Shown here one piece after another: positions 28,588 to 37,770 of a DNA stretch of 64,000 nucleotides. A program made the translations under genes and the position numbers. Each line of letters starts with the position of its first letter. Position 1 is the first letter of the stretch. The DNA is from an uncultured delta proteobacterium (GTDB lineage: Bacteria; Desulfobacterota; Syntrophia; Syntrophales; UBA2185): positions 192,001 through 256,000 of the forward strand of contig CAVSPA010000005.1 in NCBI GenBank assembly GCA_963729715.1, given 5' to 3'. The notes under the pieces are model-generated. The model did no database searches, was not told where the DNA came from, and saw only the letters and a program-made list of their open reading frames with translations.

Positions 28588-28968
28588 TTGCTCAAGGACA
28601 CTTTCATGTTGGAAATCATACAGGATATGCCGGATAACGTCGTGGCTGTCAGGGCAAGCGGAAAAGTTTCCGGCAAGGATTACGATGACGTCCTCATCCC
28701 TGCTGTCGAAGGTGGCATTAAGAGACATGGGAAGGTCCGCGTGTTCTATCAATTGACCCGTGATTTCTCAGGCTTCACAGCCGAAGCCATGTTCGATGAT
28801 GCCAAGCTTGGCATACGTCACCTAACCGAATTCGAAAAGATAGCAGTAGTTACCGACGCGGACTGGACATCGAGGACTGTTCAATTCTTCTCGCTTTTTA
28901 TACCCTGCCCGGTCAAAATCTTTGGCAACAATGACATGTCTGAGGCGAAGGCTTGGCTAATCGAGTAA
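28588..28968 (+). CDS. STAS/SEC14 (SpoIIAA-like) domain protein
   Basis: ASGKVSGKDY, DDAKLG, KIAVVTD and EAKAWL. Confidence 0.85.
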   Translation: MLKDTFMLEIIQDMPDNVVAVRASGKVSGKDYDDVLIPAVEGGIKRHGKVRVFYQLTRDFSGFTAEAMFDDAKLGIRHLTEFEKIAVVTDADWTSRTVQFFSLFIPCPVKIFGNNDMSEAKAWLIE

Positions 28969-29086
28969 CTTTTTACAAGATAGCCCGAAGATCGGAGGGA
29001 AAGAGAGTGTCAAGAAAGTAGTTGGTATTGAAGTTCCTTTTATATTTAACACCGTATCTAAATTATGCGCATGGGAGTTACGGCAA

Positions 29087-29923
29087 TTGAATAAATTTAT
29101 TCTTTTTATTATGATACTTTGTTCTTTCTTTTACACAGGATGCGCGACAACTGTTGACCTGCAAGATACTCGGCGGATGTTTGGCGAGGAAATTGGCGCC
29201 CTGCATGAAGAGAATGCCGGCATACATAAGGATATGGAAAAGAACGATCAGGCAATAGCGGATATACATAAGAGGATTGCCGACATTGCGGCGGACGTAA
29301 CCGAAATCAGAGAAGACATGGAGAATTTGAAGGGAGATCGTGAGATACTCGGAAAAGGTGAGTCTGACTTAAAAGCGGAGTTTCTTCGTAAGAACAAGGA
29401 ATTGACTGATATAAGGAACCAATTTGATCAACTGTCTGTCCACATGAGGGCCATAGAGAAACTTCTTGAGATTGGGAGTGGCGCCAATCAAGCTCCGAAG
29501 GGCGAGAAAGTCATCAGCGACGATTCAAAAAGTGCATTGCCCGGAAAGACGGAAACGGAATTGGCTTATGACTCGGCTTATGAAGCCTTCAAGGAAGAAA
29601 AGTATGAGAAGGCTCGAGAAAGATTTCAAATCTTTCTGAAGCAATATCCAAACACCGAGTATTCTGACAGCGCTCAATTCTGGATTGGCGAGTGTTACTA
29701 TTTTGAAAGGAAATACGAACAAGCGATCTTGGAATACGAGAAAGTGATAAAGAACCATCCACAGGGCAACAAGGTGCCGCATGCCTTGCTGAAACAGGGG
29801 TTTGCTTTTCTGAATCTGGGCGATAAGTCAAGCGCAAAACTCCTCCTGGAGCAGGTTGTCAATAACTATCCGGACACCAGTCAGGCGCGGATGGCTAGGG
29901 CGAAGCTGGCGGAGATTAAATAG
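29087..29923 (+). CDS. cpoB: Tol-Pal system TPR lipoprotein CpoB/YbgF-like
   Basis: TGC lipobox, coiled coil, TPRs (AQFWIGECYY, ALLKQG). Confidence 0.85.
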   Translation: MNKFILFIMILCSFFYTGCATTVDLQDTRRMFGEEIGALHEENAGIHKDMEKNDQAIADIHKRIADIAADVTEIREDMENLKGDREILGKGESDLKAEFLRKNKELTDIRNQFDQLSVHMRAIEKLLEIGSGANQAPKGEKVISDDSKSALPGKTETELAYDSAYEAFKEEKYEKARERFQIFLKQYPNTEYSDSAQFWIGECYYFERKYEQAILEYEKVIKNHPQGNKVPHALLKQGFAFLNLGDKSSAKLLLEQVVNNYPDTSQARMARAKLAEIK

Positions 29924-30257
29924 CTTGCGAAGCTCGGAACAGTCACGACGGATATACTGGAGTTCGCCGCCAAAGCGATGGCTCTTACGGAAGTATCTCT
30001 TCTCTATGAGCATGAGTACGGCGTTGCTGAGTAAATACTTTCAAGGGTATTATCACCGAAAGTTGCGGCCCCAGAGGAACATAAAGCTTATTAATTAAGG
30101 ACTTCAAAACGATTGCGCGAAAGAAATTTATCGACAAAATTGAAATAACAATTTTGATACTGATACAAAAAGAATTGGCTGCACTATGGCAGTTCTCGGT
30201 CTTGCCGAGGAAAGTCATGGCCATTCATCACTGAAAGTGCGGGCCAGTTTTAGATTC

Positions 30258-31388
30258 TTATTGGCTGATGGCAATACTAATTTCTATCCTGCGGTTCAGC
30301 GCCCTGCCTGACGCAGTACTGTTTGCGGCGACAGGCTGGGACGGGCCAAGACCTTTTGCGACGATACGATCAGTGGATATATTGTGAAAATCTACCAGAT
30401 AGTCCTTCACTTTTCGAGCACGTTTCTCCGTCAGGACCCTCTGTGTTTCCGCCTTGCCAACGTTATCGGAATAGCAGCGGATAGTGACCGCCCCGGCTTG
30501 GTATTTTTCCAGGTAGCTTGCCACTTCATCCAGTGTGGACCTTCCCTTGGTGTGAATTTCGTTCTTGGTTGAGAATATGTTACCGGCTGCTATGTTGATC
30601 AGAATCTCCTTGTCGATCGATTTCACCGTGGCAACGCGAATTTTTACCGCATCAGCAAGCATCGCCTTAGTCTTATCCAACGTCGCCATTTTTTGCTGGA
30701 GTGTCTGAAGTTCGGCTTCCTCTTTCGCCTTCTGTGAGACCAACTGCTGGCCTTTCAAATTCGCTTCGGTCACCTCTTTCTGCTTGACGGCCTCGAGATC
30801 TGCGACTTTCTTTCTTGCTTCTTCCAGCTCCTTCATCTTTTTGCTTTCCAAGATGGCAGCCTCCTGCCTCGCCTGTTCCAATGTTTTCTGTTGGGCCTCC
30901 GCCTCGGCCTTGATTTTTCTCGCCTGTTCCGCTTCGGCTGATTTCCTGTTCAAGACATCCAGCGCCCCCTGATAATCGGCCAAGTCCTTCTCCGTATTCT
31001 TCAATTCTGTCGTCACCACTGTCTTTCTGGCTTTTGCCTCAGCGATCTGGCCTGTGATCCTGGCCATTGTAGCTAGGTACTCGATCTCCTGGGTCTTGGC
31101 TTCGTCGGATATGATGAGCTTCATGCTCCGCGACAAGAGGGAGCGTGAGCGGGCATATTCACTTTCTGCCTGTGCAAGCCAGGATCTGGCCTGAGTCAAA
31201 TCAGCCAGGGCATTTTTTTCCGCTCCGGCCTGACGCGCATTTTCAATGGCCGCCTTCGCCTCCTCGATACCCGTCGCAGGAGAACCGGTCGCGCAGACCG
31301 AAATAGGATTGAAGACAGTTATCCCCCAAATAGCCAAAATGAAGAGGCAATAAACCGCTTGCTTTCTGTAGTTCATGGATTCCTCCAC
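30258..31388 (-). CDS. DUF4398 + coiled-coil + OmpA C-terminal domain protein
   Basis: Signal peptide; A..AGAE..A; long helical region; YSDNVG, GLGPSQPVAAN and NRRIEI. Confidence 0.85.
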   Translation of the reverse strand: MEESMNYRKQAVYCLFILAIWGITVFNPISVCATGSPATGIEEAKAAIENARQAGAEKNALADLTQARSWLAQAESEYARSRSLLSRSMKLIISDEAKTQEIEYLATMARITGQIAEAKARKTVVTTELKNTEKDLADYQGALDVLNRKSAEAEQARKIKAEAEAQQKTLEQARQEAAILESKKMKELEEARKKVADLEAVKQKEVTEANLKGQQLVSQKAKEEAELQTLQQKMATLDKTKAMLADAVKIRVATVKSIDKEILINIAAGNIFSTKNEIHTKGRSTLDEVASYLEKYQAGAVTIRCYSDNVGKAETQRVLTEKRARKVKDYLVDFHNISTDRIVAKGLGPSQPVAANSTASGRALNRRIEISIAISQ

Positions 31389-31391
31389 CTC

Positions 31392-31787
31392 TTACTTAGC
31401 TTTTTCTAAGCGTTGAATCTCGGCTTTGACTTTTTGCAATTCAATTTGAGTCGCCGACAACTTTTCTTGTTCAATCTTCAATTCCGACGATGCCTTGGCG
31501 GACTCTGCGAGGGCCCGAGCCATGTGTGATGCTTGCGAAAACTGGACATCGTCTTTTGCCGAATGGGCACGTTCTGCCTTGTTTAGGAATTCTATGGCTT
31601 CTTTCAGCTTATCCGATGCGTATTTATCGGCCTTTGCAGTTTGTGCTGCCTGGATCGCTGTCTTGGCGTCTATAAATTCCTGTTCATGGGCCGGACTTAA
31701 ACCCTGACCATGGACGGTTCCCGCAAGAGTGAAGATGACGAGAACACCACAAATGATTTGAAATAAATTGAATGTCTTGCTGAACAT
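31392..31787 (-). CDS. DUF4398 domain secreted protein
   Basis: AIQAAQTAKADKYA..L..A; GGAGG RBS before ATG 31787; usual partner of the OmpA gene downstream. Confidence 0.8.
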   Translation of the reverse strand: MFSKTFNLFQIICGVLVIFTLAGTVHGQGLSPAHEQEFIDAKTAIQAAQTAKADKYASDKLKEAIEFLNKAERAHSAKDDVQFSQASHMARALAESAKASSELKIEQEKLSATQIELQKVKAEIQRLEKAK

Positions 31788-31854
31788 GATACCATCCTCC
31801 CATGTAACGTATCTTCCTCTACGCCAAGCGCTACCCTTTGTCCTTATCCGCGCC

Positions 31855-31941
31855 CGCTGACGGTTCGCAGGAGGAGTCTCTCCTCTCGCTCCAGAGGAGC
31901 CCAAGGATTGCTCTCCCTGCGAAAACCGTCACACCCCAGCG
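31855..31941. other. Branched stem-loop in the leader of the DUF4398-OmpA genes
   Basis: TGACGGTT/AACCGTCA, CGCAGG/CCTGCG and inner CTCCTCT/AGAGGAG stems. Confidence 0.6.
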
Positions 31942-32136
31942 TCTGTGGAAGGGGATTCCGTATGCTTTCGGTATATCTACCGTCGCTTTTTCTTCAATAC
32001 AAATCCTGGCACTATGCATTTTGCGAGGATTGCAAGATGGGCCCTCCTGTCACTATGACCCTCTTCCGGATCCCAAGGAAACTTTGTGGAAAGGAAGAGA
32101 CGTCCTTTCAGCGGCTATATCACTCCCCTCATAAAA

Positions 32137-32718
32137 CTATTTTGGTTGTGCCAACAGTTGCGTTACGACGAAATGATCTCTCCTGTTTTTTGCCCAGGCT
32201 TCTTCGTTATGTCGAGAATCTAAGGGCTTATCCTTGCCATAGCTGATTGTTTTTATCCTTCTCTTCTCAATACCCAGCTCGACGAGATATTTCATGGCCT
32301 CATCAGCTCGTCTCTGCCCCAAAGCCAGGTTGTATTCTTCCGTTCCTCTTTCATCACAGTTACCCTCGATACGGACATTGTAGGCGACATTATTGGCAAG
32401 CCAGGCTGCCTTCTTTTTTAGCAATTTCCGAGCTTCGGGCTTCAGATTGTAATTATCAAAATCAAAATGAATGTCTTTAGATATACTCGACGCCTGCGCC
32501 GTCATTTCCCCTCCCGTCATTGTGGCTGGTGCTTCTTTTGCGGCAGGACTTTTAGTTGCCTCACTTGCCTTTGCTTCTTGTGCACCAGGCTGTTTTTCAG
32601 CTGCCACATTTTGCTTCGCCACAGATTCCTCCTTCACTATCTCCTTATTGGCACATCCAACGAAAGCGATGAAAAAAAGCGGCAAACTGAACATTAAGAT
32701 GATCAACGATTTTTTCAT
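32137..32718 (-). CDS. pal: Peptidoglycan-associated lipoprotein (copy 2)
   Basis: FVGC lipobox; FDFDNY, EGNCDERGTEEYNLALG, SYGKDKP and AWAKNRR. Confidence 0.93.
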   Translation of the reverse strand: MKKSLIILMFSLPLFFIAFVGCANKEIVKEESVAKQNVAAEKQPGAQEAKASEATKSPAAKEAPATMTGGEMTAQASSISKDIHFDFDNYNLKPEARKLLKKKAAWLANNVAYNVRIEGNCDERGTEEYNLALGQRRADEAMKYLVELGIEKRRIKTISYGKDKPLDSRHNEEAWAKNRRDHFVVTQLLAQPK

Positions 32719-32786
32719 AAGCAACACTCCTTTCGTACTTTTTTGATTTCTTATAGTACACAAAAATACATTTGTCAATTGATTTA

Positions 32787-32805
32787 TGCACAAATAATTT
32801 GTATA
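32787..32805. promoter_or_regulatory. Putative MarR operator in the pal2/marR2 divergent promoter
   Basis: TGCACAAAT-A-ATTTGTATA preceded by TTGTCAATTGATT. Confidence 0.7.
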
Positions 32806-32851
32806 TCAATTAAAAATATGATAACTATATTCTCGGAAACCAACAAAAGGA

Positions 32852-33382
32852 GTGAAAATGACAAATAAATCCCTGAAAGTATCAATAATCATTGACAACA
32901 TTCGTAGAGTATTCAAGGCAGTTAATGAACAATCGAAGAAAGCTGAGCATGAAACCGGTATAACAGGACCTCAACTTTGGGCTATCAAAATTATCGGTGA
33001 CTTATCTCCTGTCCGGGTGTCTGACCTTGCGAGACATATGTACCTTCATCCGGCTACGGTAGTCGGAATACTCGACCGCCTTGAATCAGGGAAACTTGTA
33101 AAAAGAGTACGTTCAAAAGACGACAAACGGGTCGTAAGAGTAAGACTAACGGATGACGGCAAGAAGCTTATTGCCAAGGCTCCGCAGGTAGCTCAGGGGT
33201 TGCTCGTTGCCGGACTCGAAGTATTGCCCGCTAAAAGACTCCAGGAACTGGATTCCGCTCTCGAAGAGCTTGTGCACATCTTAGGAGCGCAGCAGCTACC
33301 CCCGCAATTGATCCTCTCGCCGGAGGTGAATGTACCGCGGCTGAAGGCAACAGATAATAAGAAGGGATATGACCGAACATGA
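32852..33382 (+). CDS. MarR family transcriptional regulator (copy 2)
   Basis: Paralog of 24466-24987: IRRVFKAVN, HETGITGPQLW, HPATVVGI and LPPQL. Confidence 0.93.
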   Translation: MKMTNKSLKVSIIIDNIRRVFKAVNEQSKKAEHETGITGPQLWAIKIIGDLSPVRVSDLARHMYLHPATVVGILDRLESGKLVKRVRSKDDKRVVRVRLTDDGKKLIAKAPQVAQGLLVAGLEVLPAKRLQELDSALEELVHILGAQQLPPQLILSPEVNVPRLKATDNKKGYDRT

Positions 33383-33896
33383 TGAATAAAATGATTCTTG
33401 GGGTATTAATTTCGATCAGCATACTGATGTTATTTTCTGAGGCATATCTCGACATTCGTAGTTTGTTCCATTTGTTTTCTTAATAAAAATGGAACTAATT
33501 TGTCGTGATCTGGACAATATAGCCAAAATATTTGACAACGCCAAATCTCTGCTCGCATAGAGTTTTTCTCCCGGCCACAACCCTTATTTTGCGTGATTTC
33601 ATAGCAGTGATCAGGTACTTACCCCTCTTTCAAAATAATTATCAAACAAGACCATATCTCAGTACATGCTGACATTCTGTCAATTTTTTCCTTGACACAA
33701 AACCCTCTTTCTGATAGTCGAGCGTCACATATGTTCAAACGGACATATTCTTCAATCAGGCATAGTCCCCTTTATCTGATGGCCGCACTGTAATTTCAAG
33801 CACTTCATATGACGAGGGACCGTATCAGCTACGTTACTGATATATGCCAAAATCAAAATAAAAAAGGATTTCTTTGGAAAGGAGGCGTGGCAAACG

Positions 33897-35678
33897 ATGA
33901 CGATGGTCAATATTAACATAAATGGCCAGAAAGTCAGTGCACCAGCCGGCAGTACCATTCTTAAGGCCGCAAAGCAGGCAGGCATTGACATCCCTACGCT
34001 CTGTGACCATCCTGCTTTGATTCCAGTCGGTGCTTGCCGAATATGCGTTGTGGAGGTTAAAGGACAGCGCACCCTGATCACGGCATGTACTTTCCCTATC
34101 TCTGAGGGAATGGAAATACAAACAGAATCACCAGAGGTAATTAAAGCGCGAAAATTAGTCCTTGATCTGCTATTTTCAGAAAGAAACCATGTCTGTCCGA
34201 TCTGTGAGACATCCGGAAACTGCGAATTACAGGACATGGGGTACCGCTATGGTCTCAATCACTGGACTTACCCAGCATTCACAAAGCCCTTCCCCATAGA
34301 TGCCACACACAAGTTCCTGTTCATGGAACATAACCGCTGTATCTTGTGTGGAAGGTGTGAGCGCGGATGCAGTGACGTCGTGGCCAACCACACTCTCGGC
34401 TTGCGAAATCGCGGCAATCAATCCATGATCCACTGCGACGCAAATATGCCCTGGGGTGAGTCTACATGTATCTCTTGCGGCACTTGCCTGCAGTTATGTC
34501 CAACTGGCGCCATATCCGATAAGCGAAGCGCCTTCATGGGCCGTGACATTCAGACGGAACATACAAAAAGTACTTGCAGCCAGTGCAGTATCGGATGCGG
34601 TATGGAAATAGTCACCCGCGGCGGCAACGTCCTTAAAATCAAGAGCGACTGGGACGCGGAAGTCAACGGTGGGCGGCTTTGCGAATACGGCCGCTTCGAT
34701 CCTTTGTACGATGTACGTAAGCGGATAACCAGCCCCATGCTCCGGCTGAGGGGCAAGCTCGAGCCCGTGAGCTGGGATGAAGCCCTGCAAGCTGTTACTG
34801 AGCGCGTCGGCAAGGCGAGTGCTAAGGATTTAGGGGTGCTTGCTTCGACATACTCTACGAATGAAGCGCTTTATCTGCTTGCCAAGTTATTCCGCCAAGA
34901 ACTGAAAGCAACGAATGTTGGCGTACTGAACGACGTTGCACCGAAGCTGTCCGAAAAGCAAGGCTCGCTTGCTGACATCATTGTAAGCGATGTCATTCTG
35001 GTGGTCGGTTGTGATCCGCTCAAGGATCAGCCGGTTTCCTCTTTCTTTGTCAAGCGCTCCGTTGACAAGGGTGCACGGCTCATTGTGGTGGACAGTAAGG
35101 ACAATGGACTGGCGCCATTCTCCTATATGAATCTCGGGATGGCCGAGATAAGCAAGGCTATCGAAATAGCGGAGCGTGCCGCACATACGGTCGTGCTGTA
35201 TGGCGCAGGTGTCACGGACAAGGCTGCCGCAGCTCTGAAGAAACTCCAGGGGAAGGCTTCCTTCGTGGCAATAGAAAATGGCGTCAATACGCGGGCGGCA
35301 GCGGCCTTGGGTCTGAATAATGGGTTTAAGCCGTCCGGCGTCAAAGTGCTCTTCGCATTGGTCGGTGAGCAAAAGATGGGCGGGGAAGACATCACCAAAA
35401 ATGTTGATAAGAAGGCGTTTGTCATAGCGCAGGCCAGTTTCGTATCTCCTCTCACAGAACGGGCCGATGTCGTTCTGCCTATGGCCGTATGGTCAGAAAG
35501 GTCTGGAAGCCTGACGAATACCGAAGGGCGCGTGCTGAAAGTCAACAAAGCAACAGAACCTAAGGGAGAAGCCAAACCTGACTGGGAGGTTCTCTCTTTA
35601 CTGGCAAACAAACTGGGAAAGAAGCTTGGCACTTCGTTGAATGAGATTTCAGCTCGGGCAACCCAGGAACTCAAGTGA
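33897..35678 (+). CDS. HoxU/NuoG-like FeS subunit with a degenerate molybdopterin-oxidoreductase-like C-terminus
   Basis: PTLC...ACRICVV (2Fe-2S); HVCPIC...C; CILCGRC; CISCGTC..CP; CSQCSIGC...C; ADVVLP..E..GSLTN.EGR. Confidence 0.88.
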   Translation: MTMVNININGQKVSAPAGSTILKAAKQAGIDIPTLCDHPALIPVGACRICVVEVKGQRTLITACTFPISEGMEIQTESPEVIKARKLVLDLLFSERNHVCPICETSGNCELQDMGYRYGLNHWTYPAFTKPFPIDATHKFLFMEHNRCILCGRCERGCSDVVANHTLGLRNRGNQSMIHCDANMPWGESTCISCGTCLQLCPTGAISDKRSAFMGRDIQTEHTKSTCSQCSIGCGMEIVTRGGNVLKIKSDWDAEVNGGRLCEYGRFDPLYDVRKRITSPMLRLRGKLEPVSWDEALQAVTERVGKASAKDLGVLASTYSTNEALYLLAKLFRQELKATNVGVLNDVAPKLSEKQGSLADIIVSDVILVVGCDPLKDQPVSSFFVKRSVDKGARLIVVDSKDNGLAPFSYMNLGMAEISKAIEIAERAAHTVVLYGAGVTDKAAAALKKLQGKASFVAIENGVNTRAAAALGLNNGFKPSGVKVLFALVGEQKMGGEDITKNVDKKAFVIAQASFVSPLTERADVVLPMAVWSERSGSLTNTEGRVLKVNKATEPKGEAKPDWEVLSLLANKLGKKLGTSLNEISARATQELK

Positions 35679-35692
35679 AAGGAGAATCGACG

Positions 35693-36238
35693 ATGGCAAA
35701 AGTTAAGATTGCCACTGACTGGCTGGCTGGCTGTGCAGGATGTCACATGTCGATATTGGACATTGATGAGCGCATTGTGAAGCTGTTGGAAGCGGTGGAA
35801 ATTACATCCAGTCCCGTAACGGACTTGAAACATCCGCCGAAGGAAGGTGTGACTGTTGGTATACTTGAAGGAGCAATCTGCAATACACATAATGTGGAAG
35901 TGGCGAAGGTTATGCGCGAACGCTGCCAGATTCTGATAGCCCTTGGGGATTGTGCTACTTTTGGAAATGTCCCGGCTATGCGCAATTTGTGCGGCACAGC
36001 TGAGGCATTGAAGCGCGCGTATTTGGACACGGAAAGCGTCGTGGACGGACTCATTCCTGACTCACCGGAGCTTGGAAAGCCGCTTGAAATGGTTACAGGC
36101 GTTGATAAGGTGGTGAAGGTCGATCTCTTTATACCTGGCTGCCCTCCGAGCGCTGATGCTATCTTTCATGCATTATCGGAACTGCTCGCAGGACACGTGC
36201 CAGTAAGTTTCCCACCCCCATTATTCAAATATGATTAG
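35693..36238 (+). CDS. hoxY: [NiFe]-hydrogenase small subunit, HoxY-like
   Basis: WLAGCAGCHMS, GDCA and IPGCPP; short single-cluster form. Confidence 0.9.
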   Translation: MAKVKIATDWLAGCAGCHMSILDIDERIVKLLEAVEITSSPVTDLKHPPKEGVTVGILEGAICNTHNVEVAKVMRERCQILIALGDCATFGNVPAMRNLCGTAEALKRAYLDTESVVDGLIPDSPELGKPLEMVTGVDKVVKVDLFIPGCPPSADAIFHALSELLAGHVPVSFPPPLFKYD

Positions 36239-36250
36239 AGGAGAGTAGCT

Positions 36251-37681
36251 ATGGGTGCTAGAAAAATAACTATTGAACCTATAACACGTATCGAGGGTCA
36301 TGGGCGGGTCACTATTCACCTGAATGAAAAGGGCGAGGTGGACCAGACTTTCTTCCACGTTGATGAATTCCGCGGTTTGGAGAAATTCACCGAAGGCCGC
36401 CCATACTTTGAGATGCCGGCGATTACCCAGCGCATTTGCGGTATCTGCCCGGTAAGCCACCACTTGGCCGCAGCCAAGGCCTGCGACGGTGTTGCCCGTG
36501 TGGAATTGCCGCGGCCCGCCAAACTGCTGCGCGAGTTGATGCATATGGGCCAATATATACAATCGCACGGCATGCACTTTTTCCATCTGGCGGCGCCTGA
36601 TTTAGTTTTAGGTTTTGACGCTGATCCGGCCATAAGGAATGTTGTCGGGATTATCCAAGCAGATCCGGAACTGGCGCTGAAGGCAGTGAACCTACGACGT
36701 TACGGACAGCAGGTCATCGAGAGATTGGGTGGGAAACGTATCCATCCAACTTTCGCCGTCCCCGGCGGCGTTAATGCGCCGCTGTCCCCAAAAGATCGTG
36801 ATGCGATGCTTGCTGAATTTGACACGATGGTAGGAATCGCCAAGGTGGCCGTCAGCATCGGCAAGGGCTGGATTGGGGCCAACAAGCCGCTGGTTGACGC
36901 CTTCGCGTCTTTCCCTTCCAACTACATGGGTCTCGTGGATATGGAAGGTGGCCTGCAACTTTACGACGGTGAAATCCGGGTAAAGGATGCGGAGGGCAAC
37001 TTTGTGGCGCAGTTCGAACCGGCTAATTACCTGTCACACGTGGGAGAGCATGTGGAGCCCTGGTCATTCCTCAAGTTCCCCTTCTACCGCAAGTTAGGCT
37101 GGCCGGATGGAACCTATCGGGTGGGACCGCTGGGTAGATTGAATGTTGTGGATAAAATAGGAACGCCTCTTGCCAACGAAGAGCTTAAACTCTTCAAGCA
37201 GATAAACGGCGGCAGGCCTGTTGAAGGCTCTCTCTATTACCACTATGCGAGGTTGATCGAACTTGTCTACGCTCTGGAGCGTCTGGCTCAGTTGCTCGAT
37301 GATCCGGATATCATGTCCAACGATATCCGTACCTATCCCTCCACAGCCCAGATTCCCGGCCAGGGGGTTGGTGTCATCGAAGCCCCGCGGGGGACCCTCT
37401 TCCATGATTACAGTACGGATGAGAACGGCAAATTGACCCGGGTGAATCTTATTGTAGCAACCGGCAACAATAACTGGGCCATGCACACAGCATCGGGGCT
37501 CGTTGCGAGGGCTTTCGTAGATGGCAATAAGCTCACAGAAGGGATGTTGAACAGGGTGGAAGCGGCTATACGCTGCTACGATCCCTGCCTGTCCTGTGCG
37601 ACACATGCATTTGGGAAGATGCCGCTGGAAGTCACGCTTATAGCCGCGGACGGCACAGTCCTGGATCGCATGTCCCGGTAA
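36251..37681 (+). CDS. hoxH: [NiFe]-hydrogenase large subunit, group 3d-like
   Basis: TRIEGHG; L1 RICGICPVSH; EAPRGTL; L2 DPCLSCATH followed by a cleavable AFGKMPL tail. Confidence 0.93.
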   Translation: MGARKITIEPITRIEGHGRVTIHLNEKGEVDQTFFHVDEFRGLEKFTEGRPYFEMPAITQRICGICPVSHHLAAAKACDGVARVELPRPAKLLRELMHMGQYIQSHGMHFFHLAAPDLVLGFDADPAIRNVVGIIQADPELALKAVNLRRYGQQVIERLGGKRIHPTFAVPGGVNAPLSPKDRDAMLAEFDTMVGIAKVAVSIGKGWIGANKPLVDAFASFPSNYMGLVDMEGGLQLYDGEIRVKDAEGNFVAQFEPANYLSHVGEHVEPWSFLKFPFYRKLGWPDGTYRVGPLGRLNVVDKIGTPLANEELKLFKQINGGRPVEGSLYYHYARLIELVYALERLAQLLDDPDIMSNDIRTYPSTAQIPGQGVGVIEAPRGTLFHDYSTDENGKLTRVNLIVATGNNNWAMHTASGLVARAFVDGNKLTEGMLNRVEAAIRCYDPCLSCATHAFGKMPLEVTLIAADGTVLDRMSR

Positions 37682-37712
37682 TATAGAAATCTGATCTCGA
37701 CGAGTCTAACGC

Positions 37713-37753
37713 AAGCGGGTAAACGCAGGTAGTTTACCCGCTTTAACTTTTTT
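37713..37753 (+). terminator. Intrinsic terminator or RNA-stabilising hairpin after hoxH
   Basis: Perfect 12-bp stem AAGCGGGTAAAC/GTTTACCCGCTT followed by TAACTTTTTT. Confidence 0.7.
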
Positions 37754-37770
37754 GGCGTGCTGGGGACCTG

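Noticed and set aside
29950..29992. Fluoride-riboswitch-like text TGGAGTTCGCC...GATGGCTCTTAC near a ClC gene
   Set aside because: The 5' GGCGA strand of P1 is missing, no + strand gene follows, and the ClC has GKEGP rather than CLC-F signatures (GNNLI/GREGT). At most a relic.
32007..32025. sigma54-like TGGCAC...TTGC (similar near-matches at about 44097 and 49616)
   Set aside because: GG-to-GC spacing is not 10 nt, or the -12 element is missing.
21872..33382. Envelope island as a mobile element
   Set aside because: No integrase, transposase, tRNA or flanking direct repeats seen; the duplicates have diverged, pointing to older duplication.
36251..37681. [NiFeSe] hydrogenase or other selenoprotein, given selA
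   Set aside because: L2 reads DPCLSC with Cys codons; I noticed no gene in the window split at an in-frame TGA.
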